Part shown: positions 12,650-25,789 of the stretch, in pieces
Layout: each line of letters opens with the position of its first letter
Position numbering within the stretch: the first letter of the stretch is position 1
Assembly: GCA_951406725.2 (NCBI GenBank)
Contig: OX597825.1
Span: forward strand, 46,500,001 to 46,564,000
Reading direction: 5' to 3'
Length of the DNA: 64,000 nucleotides
From: Octopus vulgaris
Taxonomy: Eukaryota
Translations under genes and position numbers: made by a program
Notes under the pieces: model-generated
Seen by the model: the letters and a program-made list of their open reading frames with translations, nothing else
Database searches by the model: none
Told to the model about the DNA's origin: nothing

Positions 12650-13620
12650 TATTTACTTTGACATTAAATCCATTATCATTTCTGTTGCAAAAATTCAATG
12701 CTAAAGTTGCAGCTGCTAGAGATTCCAATGTAACACATAATTTCTTTGTAGATGACCTGAAGATGTATTCTAAAAATGTTTACAATGTCCCTAAGCAGGT
12801 GGAGTTAATTACATTTTCACCTGAATTTCACCAAAAGAAATGTTCATATCTGATTGTTGGACCGACCTGAAAAATCAATCCTCCAAGCCTAAAACTTATG
12901 TCTTAGTGGTCTTTCTATCTCTCCTCCTGCAAACAAAGAACACTACAAATATCTAGGCATAGATGAAAGCATATATATGAAGGTGTTGTGAATAAAGATT
13001 GTGACTCATGAATATTCCATCAGACTTAGAAAAATATGGCAGTTGGAACTCTTCTCTCAAGAAATATCCCACAATGCATTAACAGTGGGATACTTGACTG
13101 GTCTGAACAGGAAATCCATTCCATACACATTAAAACTTGCAAGATCTTGACATCAACTGGAAGCTTCCACATGAACAGTGATATTGACAAGCTCTTGCTA
13201 AGAAGAAATGAAAGAGGTAGAGGCTTGATATCAATGCAGATAGCCTTTAAATACCATGTAGTTTCTCTTAAATAGTACCTGCTGGACAACAGTAGTGAAA
13301 ATATATAAAACTAGAACTTCAAAATGAAGAGAACAACATCCCATGTGTCAGCAGTGAGCTCCTCAGGAGATGCTCCCTTCCTGACGACTTCCCCCATACA
13401 ACCCCGAATCTGCTGAACTAATGTACCTCTAAGAAAACCTGAATGTGAAATGTTCAGCATAACAAAAAATGATCATACATGAGTGTTTCTTGAAGACTTG
13501 AAAATGATAATAATATTGACATGAAGTGCAACCTTTTTTCGATTTGCATTTTCAAGCATCAAAGGTTATGTAGTTGTAATCCAAGAATAAGAGATTAGTA
13601 CAATATCTCACAAATAAAGG
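12650..13620 (+). mobile_element. Decayed R4/Dong-like LINE fragment (RT region)
   Basis: LNPLS...THNFFVDDLKMY, YKYLGI and SFHMNSDIDKLLLRRNERGRGL. Confidence 0.7.
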
Positions 13621-13639
13621 AGACAGTAAAGCCTTTGGA

Positions 13640-14665
13640 CATTGAGCATGCTTCAGCAAACTTATGGCGATGAGGCAATAGGTCATACACAATGTTTTTA
13701 GTGGCACAGGCACTTTAAAAGTTGAAGAACATCTTTGGAAGATGAAAAGCAATCTGGAAGACCTTCCATGAGTGTCACACCTGGAAGAGAAAATTCATTA
13801 GTTTGTGCATGAGGATCATCAGAGAACAATCAACAATGCTGCTGATGTTGGTCTGTTGTGTGGGTCCGTACAGGAAATTCTAACATTTGAATTGAACGTA
13901 TGGTATGTCTGTGCCAAGTTTGTCCCTAGCTTGCTGATCACTGAGCAGAAAGAACATTGTGTCAAAGTCTGTCAAGAGCTCAGTCAGTATGCCACTGATG
14001 ACCCATCCTTCATGTCAAAGATCATCACCAGTGACGAGATTTGGGTGGTTGGGTACAACACTGAGACAAAGCAGTTGTTGTCTCAATGGAAGATGGTTTC
14101 ATCTCCATGACTGAAGAAGGTACAACAGAACTGCAGCCCAATCAAGAGCAATCTCATCGTGTTTTTGTTTTTGATATTCATGGTATTGTGCATTGAGAAT
14201 TCATCCTTCAGGGCCAGACCATCAATCAAGTGTCCTATTGTGATGTTTTGAAGTGTTTGAGGAAAGACATTCAGTAACAGCGACTGGATCTGTCGAGTGC
14301 GAAGAATTGAATTCTTCATGACGACAATGCACCCTGTCATAGAACTCTCTTCACTGGTGAGTTTCTCACCAAAATCAACATGGTATCACTTCCACATCTG
14401 CTCTATTCCATCTCTTCTCCAAGATGAAAATGCAGTTCAAAAGTTGCCGTTTTAACACTGTTGTTGTGATCAAGAGTGAATTGCAGAAGGTCCTCAACTA
14501 TGGAGAACAATTTCTTGGCCAGATTCCAAAAATAACAGGAATGTTGGGAGTGGTGTATTGCTGCACAAGGTGACTATTTTGAAGGAGATGATGTTAAAAC
14601 TTAGGTAAATAAATTACTTTTTATTAATCATAACTAGTCCGGGAACATTTTGATACTATCTTGTA
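13640..14665 (+). mobile_element. Decayed mariner transposon, 5' part missing
   Basis: CAKFVP, IITSDEIW and HDDNAP motifs with many stops. TIR-like right end ctagtccgggaacattttgatac. Confidence 0.8.
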
Positions 14666-15369
14666 AGTTACAATCTGGAAAAGCTAAGGTTTTTAGAAAA
14701 AGAAATAAACCAGCTAACATGCATATTACAAATATGATTTGTAAGTGGAGCAGTAAAAATATGCATGACTTTTCTTAAATTTAAAATGTGAATTTGTTTT
14801 TGTCATCTATATTTCAATGATGGAGTTTTGTATCTTTGTTAGAACTTAGCTCATTTCTCAAGGGAAGAATTAAAATAATTACAAGCAGAAGAGAGCATGC
14901 ATATATACATGCATACATGCTTACATACAAGCATACATGTATGCATATACACACACAGTTACACACATACAAGATACATTCATGCATGCATGCCAGCATG
15001 CTACACCATTTTGACAATTATTTTGCATGTTTATTCTCTGAAGAGTAATGTTCTGTGAAAAGAACAGCAATAAAGCCAAATATATAGGCTAGTGTACAAC
15101 TAATAATGGTTTTTAGTCTGGGATTTGAACTGTTTTTTATTTCACTTTTCTTATCAAATTATGTAAGTATAAATGGATAGTGTGTTTCCATGGTTTACAG
15201 TGTTGAGTTCAATTCAAGCAGAGGGAAAAGTTACCTAAAATATATTGACAGCATATTCAAAGAAAGGTTTATCATATCTATTTAATGTTATGAACACCAG
15301 AGAATCTTGTGTATAAGATGTTTATAAAATCATGTTCTGCAAGAAATTGCAACATTTGCTAATTGAAAC

Positions 15370-15720
15370 TGCAGATGTTATAAATGCTATAGACAAATCA
15401 TAAACTTTCTCATTTATATGAATGACTTAAAACTGTTGACAAAGGACAATAGCGGCAGGGTACAAAATTAATAAGGATTTGATAAATGTGAGGCAAATTA
15501 ATTAGAACTAAAAACATGAAGTTTCATCCAGACATTAAGATTAGAGAATTAGATTAGAACTATTCATACAAATATTTAGGAGCAAATGAAATGGATAGAA
15601 TTCAACATACAGAAATGAAAGAGAAAATTAACCAAGAATACTTCAAAAGAGTGATACTATTATCAACTCAGTGAAATAAGAAAATAACTATAAATACATT
15701 AGCCATCCCAGATGTAAACA
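15370..15720 (+). mobile_element. R4/Dong-like LINE RT fragment
   Basis: Reads LIYMNDLKL, YKYLG and INTLAIP in shifting frames. Confidence 0.55.
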
Positions 15721-15765
15721 AGTTTCAACATAAACATACACAACACATAATCAATCCCAGACACT

Positions 15766-15829
15766 ATAATACATAATTAGATAATACATAATTAGATAAT
15801 ACATAATTAGATAATACATAATTAGATAA
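15766..15829. repeat. 15 bp minisatellite (ataatacataattag) x ~4
   Basis: Direct tandem copies are visible. Confidence 0.85.
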
Positions 15830-15939
15830 GAATACAACACGTATGAAGTTCAATCAACAAATCAATAGCAAATCTCATATTGCATATATTCTATACAATA
15901 AGTAAAACCACAAACAACAAAACAGATGTAGTACACAAT

Positions 15940-17665
15940 TCTATCATCTCGAAAGATATTTTGTCTTCACTAGTTTGGTTGGTGAGGCACATACATGTCA
16001 TATCGAACAAATCTATCTATGGCAACCTCCACCTCATGTGACAGATCATAGAAGACGAAAGTACTTGGTATGGGGGAGGCTCTGATCATTTTAGAACAGT
16101 CTGAAGCTTTTGATAAGGTTTATCATTAATACTTGCAGCTGTTATGAAGGAAACTGGATTTGAACCTATTTTCAGAAGCTGGAATGCATTTGCTCAGTGA
16201 TCAAAGTAAATAGCTAACAGTAGGAATCATTCAGTATAAAGCAATTAGTCTGTCAAGGATGTTCCCTCTTATCCCTTCTACACACAGTAACCCTAGAAGT
16301 ACTACTACAAAAGTTGGAAGTTTTGAAATGCATCCTGCAAGAATTAGGATGTAGAAGACCTGTGTTGCATAGGTGATTGAGACTACTGTAAGGCAATACG
16401 AGGTGGTGACAAGAGCAAAAATTAACCAGAAGAGGCCAGCCCATATCATCCATGGTAGAGTGCTAGACTGAACAACCAGTTAAATTGCTGGGGATTTTTA
16501 GTCCAAACTTTTAGGTTCATAAGAACAGGAACTGATGACAAGCAGGGTGCATAGTCTCACCCAGAAATAGGTTAAGAGGAAAACTATTTCTAAAGGGTCA
16601 AGCAGAGGTAGCAAATGCTTACATCACATCCATTATCTACCACCATCTGACTATTGTACTTTGTCCTGCTTCACAACTGACCATAATGCTCTTCCATTTT
16701 CTGTGGAGGTGGTCCATTTGCTGTCCAGGTTCTGCTGGCCAGGTGGTCCATTTCCTGTCAATATCCACTGTACAGAGGACTAGGCATGCCATGGCTGATG
16801 TTGACCAGCATGTGCTGAGGCCATGGCATCTCCAGCATTTTGTTAACAGCAAGCAGGTGTGGTTGCTTTTTGTTAGATGTGATTTTTGGCAACTTGTCTC
16901 TTTGACACAGCTGCAAAGATCAAGCATAAACCAAGATCAAGAATAAACTAAGACTGAGTGCCATCAGACCCGCACAGTTCTCAGTCAGTTGGGCAATGTG
17001 GTCACTTCAAAGGGAGGGATGTTGCCAGTTCAAGATAAATTCTATGAGAAAGGTACTGCCATAAGCCACCCCTGAGATACTCACAGAATGACAAAACCAT
17101 CCTGCACATGCTTGAACAGTGCTCAAGCATTGCTGACTTGTAGAGTTGCATCAAAATATCTGCTATCACATGTGGGATATCAGCTGACTCCATCATGGAG
17201 GTTGCTACACCATCTTTCCTCAGTCTGGTAGAAATTGCAAAAGAGGTTGTGGGTGGATAAGACCTCTTCAGCCAAACCCTCATAGACTTTTTAAAATTCT
17301 TTTAGCAAAGAAAAAGAAAGGGGAGGATTGAGAGGGAGATGCTTTCCTCAGGATAAATTTGTAAAAGGTCAGTGAGTGATGTGGTGAAGATGGCCTGAAT
17401 GAATAGGCCTACACTAAACTGGTGCCTGTAAGCTGAAGAGTATGGAGGAAAGAGCATTTGCCATGATAATCATGGTGAGTAGGGTGGTTTGCGATCTGTG
17501 GAGTTCCTTGGTTGCCCTTTAGGTGGTATTTCCCTACTAGTAGGAAATTTTGCTCTTAGAATTTTCTTCTTTTTTTTTATTGTTTACATGTGTTTATGCA
17601 AATCACACTGTTCTTTATTATTTGTATTGTCCCAAAAGTTATTTCATAGCCGCCTGTGTGGCAAA
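15940..17665 (+). mobile_element. Highly decayed Tx1/L1-clade LINE, RT to 3' end
   Basis: EQSEAFDKV and QGCSLL-like motifs, and LFHFLW as in the other Tx1 copies. Ends with an aataaataaa signal. Confidence 0.6.
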
Positions 17666-17799
17666 TAAATAAAGTGTTATGGTTATTACTATAATTTACA
17701 TTATTGTTTCTTTGTGTTAAACAAGTTGTTCCAAGTCTCACCCAAAGCCATCAAGTAACAGCAAATTAGAAGTTTTATTATTCATGTTATTTATAATTA

Positions 17800-20700
17800 G
17801 CACTGTGTTATATCCTTCTGGATAAATGAATACACTGCGATAGTGTAATAAGGACAATACACGGGATAGTGTAATAAGGACAATACATGGGACAAACAGC
17901 GGTCGGGGACTTATCGATGAGATTACATATAGTGAATAAATACATTATAATTTGGGATGAAAATGAGAGAATGAATGGAATAAGTTTGAATGTGTTTGAC
18001 CCCACCAACCACGTTCCTGCATTAAACCATTTACTTCATCCTGTTTTTTTCTCCCCACTTAATTAAGCACTTACATACCCAACATTCGGCCTATTTTCTT
18101 CCATCTTTTTTCGTACTTTTTCTGATGTCAGGAATTTTATCTCCAGACATGCTTTTCCTCTTAGGTGATACAAAAAGAGGTTAGCCAAAGAATGGCCAAA
18201 TGCGATATCTCTTCTATGTGTCTTCCACATCACCTCTTTCGCTATAACTATTATTACTAGAAAGTAGAATTTCTCTTCTCCTTTTAGAGAAGACAGCTGT
18301 ACTCTCCCCAGCTGTGACAGTACCCATTCGGTAGAAACCCATAAGTCCGAGAGACTCAGACACTATACCATTGCATGCAGAACAGTTTTGTTGCCCTGCT
18401 CGCAAAGTGGGCAGGCAGGCAAAACCATAACGCTGTGCCTCGTGAGTTTATCCTGAACTGGCAAGGCACTTCAGAAGCACAACCAAACCAGGGACCTCTG
18501 TAAGTTGTTCATAGGTCCTGGGCTAGAAGTCCTTTGATGCAGGTTGGCAAGCTGACTTTCATCAAAACCCAGAGTCTCCTTCAAGTTGTCATCACTCTTG
18601 CTCTCTACCAGCCTTCTATAAGTATGCCTAGGTGGTACCTCCTCTGCCAGCATTGCTCATTCAAAAGAGAAGCACGAGTGCCTGTCAATACTCTGCTTGC
18701 CAAGCTCCCAGCCTTGGTCTACACCTGATCCAGCATCTAGTTCACCAAAAGAGGTGAACCTGGGAAATATCTCATCAAAGAACGGAGACCACACCAGCTC
18801 ACAGTCCAGGTAGAGCCAATGATGCCTCAACCTCAGCGCATGCCTGTGTATCTTTAGCCACAGCATCCCTAACCCACCCTTTAGTGGCTGTTGTCAGCAG
18901 ATAGAGCACCTTACAAGAGGCCACCTGCCCTCCCACAAGAAATGAAAGAGCATGTGTTCCAACTTATTTAGCCACAAATTGGGGCACGGTATGACAGGTA
19001 GTAGGTAATGACAGATGTGATAAAAACCTTTGCCACCTCCACCCTCCCTTTCAAGGATAACCTCCGCCCAGACCAGGTCTGAGTTATGAACACCACCCTG
19101 CCTGTAACCTTGCTCCAATTCTTCTCTATCTGGAGGTCTGGACCAAATCAAACTCCAAGCATCCAAGCATTTTCACTGGACCGTCTGTCCAGCATCCGAC
19201 GATGCCATTGGACGGCATTGACTTGCCTCTCCAGGTGCTGAGCTGCAAGCTGACCAACTTATTTCAGTTAATTCTTGCTCCTGCCTCCATTTTGTTATCC
19301 TGTAGGGCCTCACCTACCTTCTGTAGATCCTGGTCCCTGGATACGATGACAGTGACATCGTCCGCATATGCTGTGATTGATTTTTCATACCCTAAATCTT
19401 GCGGGTATCCATTCATTGCCTCCAATCCTCATAGTAGTGGCTCGAGAGCCAATACATACAGCATAAGTGAGAGTGGACAACCTTGACGAACCAAGCATTC
19501 GATATTGAATGGCTCCGAAAAGAAACCGTTCTCCTGAGCTACCGACTTGATGTTGCTATATAAAGCGTTGATCCAGCCACGGAATGTCGGGCCAAAACCG
19601 TCCTCCTTGAGGACTGCCATTGGATACCGATGGTCGACCCAATCAAAGGCCTTGGATTGGTCTAAATGGACCAACGCCCCATGCTTGCCAGGAATCCTAT
19701 TTACTCTTTCTAAGGTATTGTGTATAAGGTGGAGATTATCATACATAGTCCTGCCGGGGATGGTGTAGATTTGCACCTCCCCAATGATACCATCCACGAT
19801 TTTCGTCAACCTTGGCCAGAATCCTCAACTTTGCATTAAGCAAAGTGATTGGCCTAAAGTTGTCAGTTACATCCCCCTTGTTTGGGTCCTTCATAATCAG
19901 TACCACCACACTCTAACTCACAGATACAAGAATACTCCTGCAAGTGCCCAAACAAGCCTGGCCTAGTATAATTCATGGAGTGACTACTCCAACCTATCGA
20001 CCTGTCTCCACCACACTCTAACAATGCCTCTTCCACTCCTGAGAGGCATGGTAGACCATCGCCCACCCCTACAGCTCATGTAAGCCATACACATCTCCTC
20101 AGGTTCAGTTATCATGTGCCCCTGTTGGTTCATCAAAGACCTTAATGGGACATTATTGCCACACTGAGACCCTACAACACGAGCCCATCTGGCGAAGTCA
20201 ATACCCTCATGGCCCATTGCACGCATCTTCGCACTGACTCTGCAACCCTTGTGTTTAGCCTCGAGGTGATGGTTGAGCACTATTCTCGTGGTCAACACTT
20301 GAGAAGCAGAGCCATATCTCATTGCCTTCTCTAATGCGTTCACTAAGTCCCTCTCTACACTGTTTCTATTCCTAGCTAACTCTCTACTAAATCTAATCGA
20401 CTTTTTTATGGCTCTTTTGAGGGCATACCACCATTTGTTATTAATAATGGTCCCTGTCAATGCCCTTATCACTAACTGTCTAATCCGACTCCTGTAGGCT
20501 TCACAGGTTTGTAGTGACTTATTTAGCTTCCGGTAGCCAGATCCCTATCTAGTCAGGCTTTCTACAACCAGCTTACAGGTGACCAGTTTGTGATCACTGT
20601 AGCTGACAATGATTAACTGTGGATACCTAGCTATATTCTTGTCCTTAATCCTAATTATTATTCTGTTTAGATAAGATCTAGATGACCACGTCCACTGTAG

Positions 20701-22250
20701 AACATCCGGGTGATCTAGTCTGTATCAATCTGAGCAGATTGTTGAGGCAAAAGCTTACCTTTCTATACCAATTCAAGCCAGTGTAATCTATGCAAGCATT
20801 GCAGATTGCACTGAAGTCGTCTAATACCATTAACGTGTGTGATGTACTCAGAAAGTTTTTCAGATTTTTGAAGAAGTTAGGCTGTCCTGCCCCCCTGCTC
20901 CCTGGGGTATAGACCGCTATTAACCTGAAGGCCTTACCACAACTGAGTGTCACATCTAGGGCAACCAGCCTGCCTTCTGAATCAACAGATTGTTCTAGTT
21001 TCTAGTTTGAGCACTTTCCTGAGTAGAACTATGACTCCCTGCACATCTCACGGTTGACATGGGGAATTGACTTTCTCATAGTCGCTTAGGAGCAGTGCAA
21101 AGTCCTGCAGTCCCCTCAGTTTAGTTTCAGTAAGAGCTATCACAACTAGTCGATGCGATCTGAGATCGTTTAGGAGACAAGCTTGCTTCCAATCTGATTT
21201 CAGCCCATGCACATTTATACATCCTAAATTAAGTGAGTACATGGGTGGAGGCTTATGCTTGAAGTGTGTTTCAGCTGGAAAGTAGGTCCTTCCTTGACCG
21301 TTTCAGTTGTGGTTGGTGGGTAAGCTTTTTATTTTATATGATTGTAATTTTCTCTGTATAAAATGAAAAGCTCAATGTTTTTCAGGGTATCTGTGTTACC
21401 TGGTGGCTTGAATATTTTTGTCATTTTCTGTTTTGACATAATTCTTTTTAAATTTCTGCTTTTGTTATTAATAGCCATTATAGTCATGTGGGGTGGGAAG
21501 ATTGGGGCCTGTGTATCCTGTGGCTGTGTGTGTTTGTGAAGTTGTGTGTGTCTGTGTGAGTCTTTGCATGGATGTTTGGTTGGGTTGTGAATGTGCAGGT
21601 GTTTCTGTGGGGGCGGGATTTGAGCCTTTTCTTTTTCTCTTTTTCCTTTTCACGCTCTCACTCTGTGTCTTCTTCTATCTCTGTCTCTGTGGTGTCTTGT
21701 ATGGGTATATCATCCACTTTCCCTGGTTTTGGTTCGATTTATGCCAGCGTTGTAGGTGCTTCTAGTTTTGTTGTTGGTGGTGGAGGTACTGCTGGTTTTG
21801 TCAGCGGTGAAGTTGCTGCTGGTTTCTCCTTTGGTAGGGTGGAGGGATCTTTTTCTGCTGCTGGTGTTGGCTTGAATTCAGCCCTAATGTGCCCTTTCTG
21901 TCTGCATTTATAACACCTGGGCTTCCTGCCTTCCACGTTCACTCTCAACTTCTTCTCTCCCACCGAAATTATAACTATAATTTTCTCTGAATCTTCTAAA
22001 TTCTAAAGCCTGTCCTGGCCAGTTCTGCTGTTGGTACTTACAGGTTTGTAGGATAGTTATTTTATCCTCCAAGCCCATTAACATTGCATCAATAAGCCAG
22101 GCAACATCAATTTCTGGTGGTATTCCCCACCCTCCTTACCTTAGAAGAGCGTCTACCAAGGTATGTGGGAAGGAAAGCTAGCTCGGCTATTTTCAATGTG
22201 TTTTTTGAATGTTGCCAGGCTTTTTCCTTGGTCCATTATCGCCAGGGGGC
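17800..22250 (-). mobile_element. Near full-length decayed Tx1/L1-clade LINE (ORF1 CCHC knuckle; ORF2 APE + RT)
   Basis: ORF1 VEGRKPRCYKCRQKGHIR. ORF2 start MYSLNLGCINVHGL...ALTETK, then LIAVYTP, LDQSKAFDWVDH, VRQGCPLS and AYADDV. The left (3') boundary is approximate. Confidence 0.85.
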
Positions 22251-22279
22251 ATCGTACATCCCCTTTGCACACACCTAAA

Positions 22280-24180
22280 TATTTGTAATATTAGCAACAG
22301 AAAGAAATAGATTAAGAGGAGAGATAGTTAGCAGACTAGAAGAGCCGATTAGTAAAGTCATCACTACTAATGTGTTAGTGGTGAGAATGGCCCTTGATAG
22401 TTTCTTTGAGGCAAAATGTGAAAGCTACATTGTCAGAGCTAATGCTCATGCACTAAAATATGATGGAACTAAAGTTGTCTGATGGGCCTGAAGAGTAGAG
22501 ATGCGATGCAGAAGCAAAACCACAATTGGGTCTTTGATAGATTGAGATAGACATGTGCTACTCAGTTCTGAGCAGATGTGTGCAGCTTTCCTGCAGCACT
22601 TCGTGCTACTATTTGGGGAAGACAATGGGTCAATGACAGTAGTGGACTTTAGTTCATACCTGGACAGCCTGTTGTAGCTCTTAGCAGCAGAAGCAAGGTT
22701 CTGTGAAAAGCTGATGATGGCCCATAACTCTGCTAAACAGAGTTTAAAATTTTAGCCAAGATGTTGGTGTTTGTCACTGGTAGTCTGGTTAAGGAAGCAC
22801 AAACATGTGCATTCCCGAAGACAATTATCACCTTATGTGATACACCATAGAGAGGGCTGGCTTTGGTGGGGCACTGATAAATTTGGTTCAGTTAAAAACA
22901 TTTGATGGGGTTGACCACTGTTATTCAGAAGCCATCTTGAAAGTAGCCAGTTTTGGACCCCTCTTCAGAGGCTGGATTGCTGAAATACATAGAGGCACCT
23001 GTGCAGTGGTCAAAATAAATAGCCACCTATGTCAATTGCATGCTTGGTTTGTCACCTCTTCTGTATGTACTGGCTCTTGAGCCACGACTGTGGAAGTTAG
23101 AACAGTTGAAGGGTGCCCTGTTCAAACTGGAACCAAAATCGATGCTGACAAGTTGGTGGACTTCCAACTAGGCACTTGGAGAGGCAGGTCGATGCCATTG
23201 AATGGCATTGTCGAATGCTGGACTGATGGACCAGTTAAACTTCTCAGGATCTAGTTTGGTCCTGACCTCCAGGTGAATAAGAACTGAGATGAGGTGATGA
23301 GCATGGTGGCCAGTCTTACCCAGAAATGAGCAGAGTGGAAGCTGACCTGAAAGGTTTTCCTTTATTGCTTGATCGTCTTGCCCCAATTACTGCTCGATCA
23401 AGTTGGAACATCTCTTGTTTATTTTATTGTGGAAGGAACACATTGCAATGGTCAGGTGGTCAGTCGGCTACCAGTTCCCTCTGCATGGTGGCTTAGATGC
23501 CGTGGCTTTTGACATGTGCTTAGGTTGTGCCACCTGCAACAATTTCTAGACAGTGAATGTGTGTAGGCTGATTGTGAAGCATGTCTTTCTGCTGCTCATC
23601 TCTTTGGTGGTGCTGCAGTCCTAGGTGAAGGATAGACTAAGAGGCACCTAGACACCTAGAACACCAGTCAGGCAATAAAATCAGTGGATGTTCCACTTTA
23701 GAAATATATAGAGGATTAGTAGCAAAGAAGTGCGATGACATCCTTGGGTAGACCCTGGCCATCGACGAAAATGAACTGGTGAGTCTGTTCTGGATGGCAT
23801 TATGGTTGGAGACTACTATGGATACTTTCCTGATGCCTTTGGCCTGGCAGTGCAACCAGAGAGCACTACCAGTTTGAGATAAACTCTACAGTCCTGGAGG
23901 TGCTGTCAGAGGTGCATGCAGAGCAACAAAACCATTCTGTGAGCATTCATTCAGTGTCTGGGTATTGCTGACTTGTGGAGTTATGTTGAACAGCTGTTGT
24001 TATATGTGGAACAGATTTGTCTGTCAGCTGAGTCCTACTGCCCTCCTTCAATCAGACAGGCAAGGCAGTTTTCCTTTGTCTGGTGGCTGTGGCAAAAAAG
24101 GTTGTCTAGTGGATGTGGCTGAATCCAGTGGATGGGGCTGATGAGGACAGAGATATTCCTCTTTGGTAGAGCCCTCATCA
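22280..24180 (+). mobile_element. Decayed Tx1/L1-clade LINE ORF2 fragment
   Basis: KTFDGVDH...FGPLFRGWI is homologous to the RT of the neighbouring Tx1 copy. Many stops. Confidence 0.7.
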
Positions 24181-24199
24181 AATTATTATTATTATTATT

Positions 24200-24790
24200 T
24201 GATGAAAATGTTCGGCCAATTTTTCTGGATGTGAGGGAAAGTATCAGCTGTCTACAGCCCACAGACAAAGGTGACACTTGTTTACTGATCATGATTCAAG
24301 ACCCCTGTGGAGAATTCTTACAGTTCCAAGTAATGATGATTTTTGTAGGTCTTCTGTCTTTACATTTGTGCCTATCTTTTTGAGTCATGTTGGTAGTTGA
24401 GTGTTGATACTTCTAAGCGCACCAATTATTACTGGTATCATGTCCACTCTCTTCATTACGCACAATCTGTGTATTTCCCACTTCAAATCCTCATAGTTGT
24501 TCAGTTTTTCTTCTTCTTTCTCTTTGATCTTGTTGTCATTGGGACAGGCTATATCGATTATCATGCAAGTTATTTTCCTTTTTGTTCACCATAACAATGT
24601 CAGCTTTCTGATGTCTGATGTCATACTGAATCATTGCATCCCACAAAATTTTGCAATCTTCATTCTTGATAACATCTTCTGAGATTTGGTCATACCATGT
24701 CCTTGCTCTTTGTAGGCTATGATTTCCACAGAGCTCCCAATGGATCATTCTTGCCATCATTGTCATCAAACTATCAAGGCATGGCATTTT
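24200..24790 (-). mobile_element. R4/Dong-like LINE 3' fragment next to (TAA)n
   Basis: ARMIHWELC...KILWDAMIQ...KADIVMV (RLE region), with (TTA)n at ~24183-24200. Confidence 0.7.
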
Positions 24791-24957
24791 GGATCTCCAA
24801 AAGTTTTGAGATTCTTTGCTCTCATTTTGCCTATTAAAACCTTGATCAGTAATTTATTTTGTTATAACTTTATCAACATTGTCTGGATTGCAGTGGTAAT
24901 ATTTTGTTTAGAAAATACCCCTGTTCTAGGGATGTATATATTGACATTTATTTCAAA

Positions 24958-25333
24958 CTAGCACTATGACCTGGCAACGCCGGGTCATAGTGCTAGTGCA
25001 TGCATATACAGCTGTGAGTGTGTGCACATACACGCAGCTACTGTCCAAATCTCTGACCAATCACATACAGCTAGCTGGCATTCAATTGGCATATCAAGTT
25101 TCAGGCATTTTGATTGGGTTTTGGATAGAAAATTCACAAAAAAGTAACTTCTATTGATTTTTTAATGGCTTTGCGGGGTGACTGGGGAAATGTAAAGATG
25201 TGCACGACCACCCTTGGACGGTTTTGAATGACCATAGAAAGTGCGAGCCCTCTAACTTAAAAATTGTGGATTTGTATAAAGGACACATACGCACACACAC
25301 ACACACACATTTTGCCATTTATATATATAGAGA
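24958..25333 (-). mobile_element. Non-autonomous Helitron
   Basis: The minus strand starts A|TC(TCTATATATATAAA), carries an internal (GT)n, and ends with a GC-rich hairpin followed by CTAG|T. These are the canonical Helitron termini at an AT target. Confidence 0.8.
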
Positions 25334-25504
25334 TTACTTTGAAAAACAAAAATATTGAAATTTTACAAAACTTTTTATAATGTTAGGACATGGTAAAATA
25401 ACAATAGTTGACAATGGAGAACATTCAAAGTTTTCACATTCCAAAGAGAACTGTGACAGACCCATGGCATAAGAACATGACAATGTCAAGTCAGTGAGAG
25501 CTGA

Positions 25505-25546
25505 AACAAATTTAACAAAAGCAATAACAGCAGTAGCAGCAGCAGC

Positions 25547-25577
<31 letters not shown>

Positions 25578-25780
25578 TCAAAGATGAAATGTGATCAAGA
25601 ACAGCACCAGCACCAGCAGCAGCATCAATAATAGCAATAGTGAAAATGAGAACAATGATAGCATGAAACAGAACAAAAGCAAATACTACAATAGCATCAG
25701 GAATGATAGAAATATAAACAACAAAAACTGCCTGTGAAACAACAATAATATTAACAATATCAACATTAAATGCATACAAC
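25505..25780. repeat. (CAA/CAG)n trinucleotide low-complexity tract
   Basis: Direct inspection. Confidence 0.85.
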
Positions 25781-25789
25781 GAACCATAT

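Noticed and set aside
14690-15172. Possible extra host exons ending in gtaagt (14741, 15162)
   Set aside because: Acceptors are weak, there is no M13-like peptide, and the two accepted exons already join without a gap.
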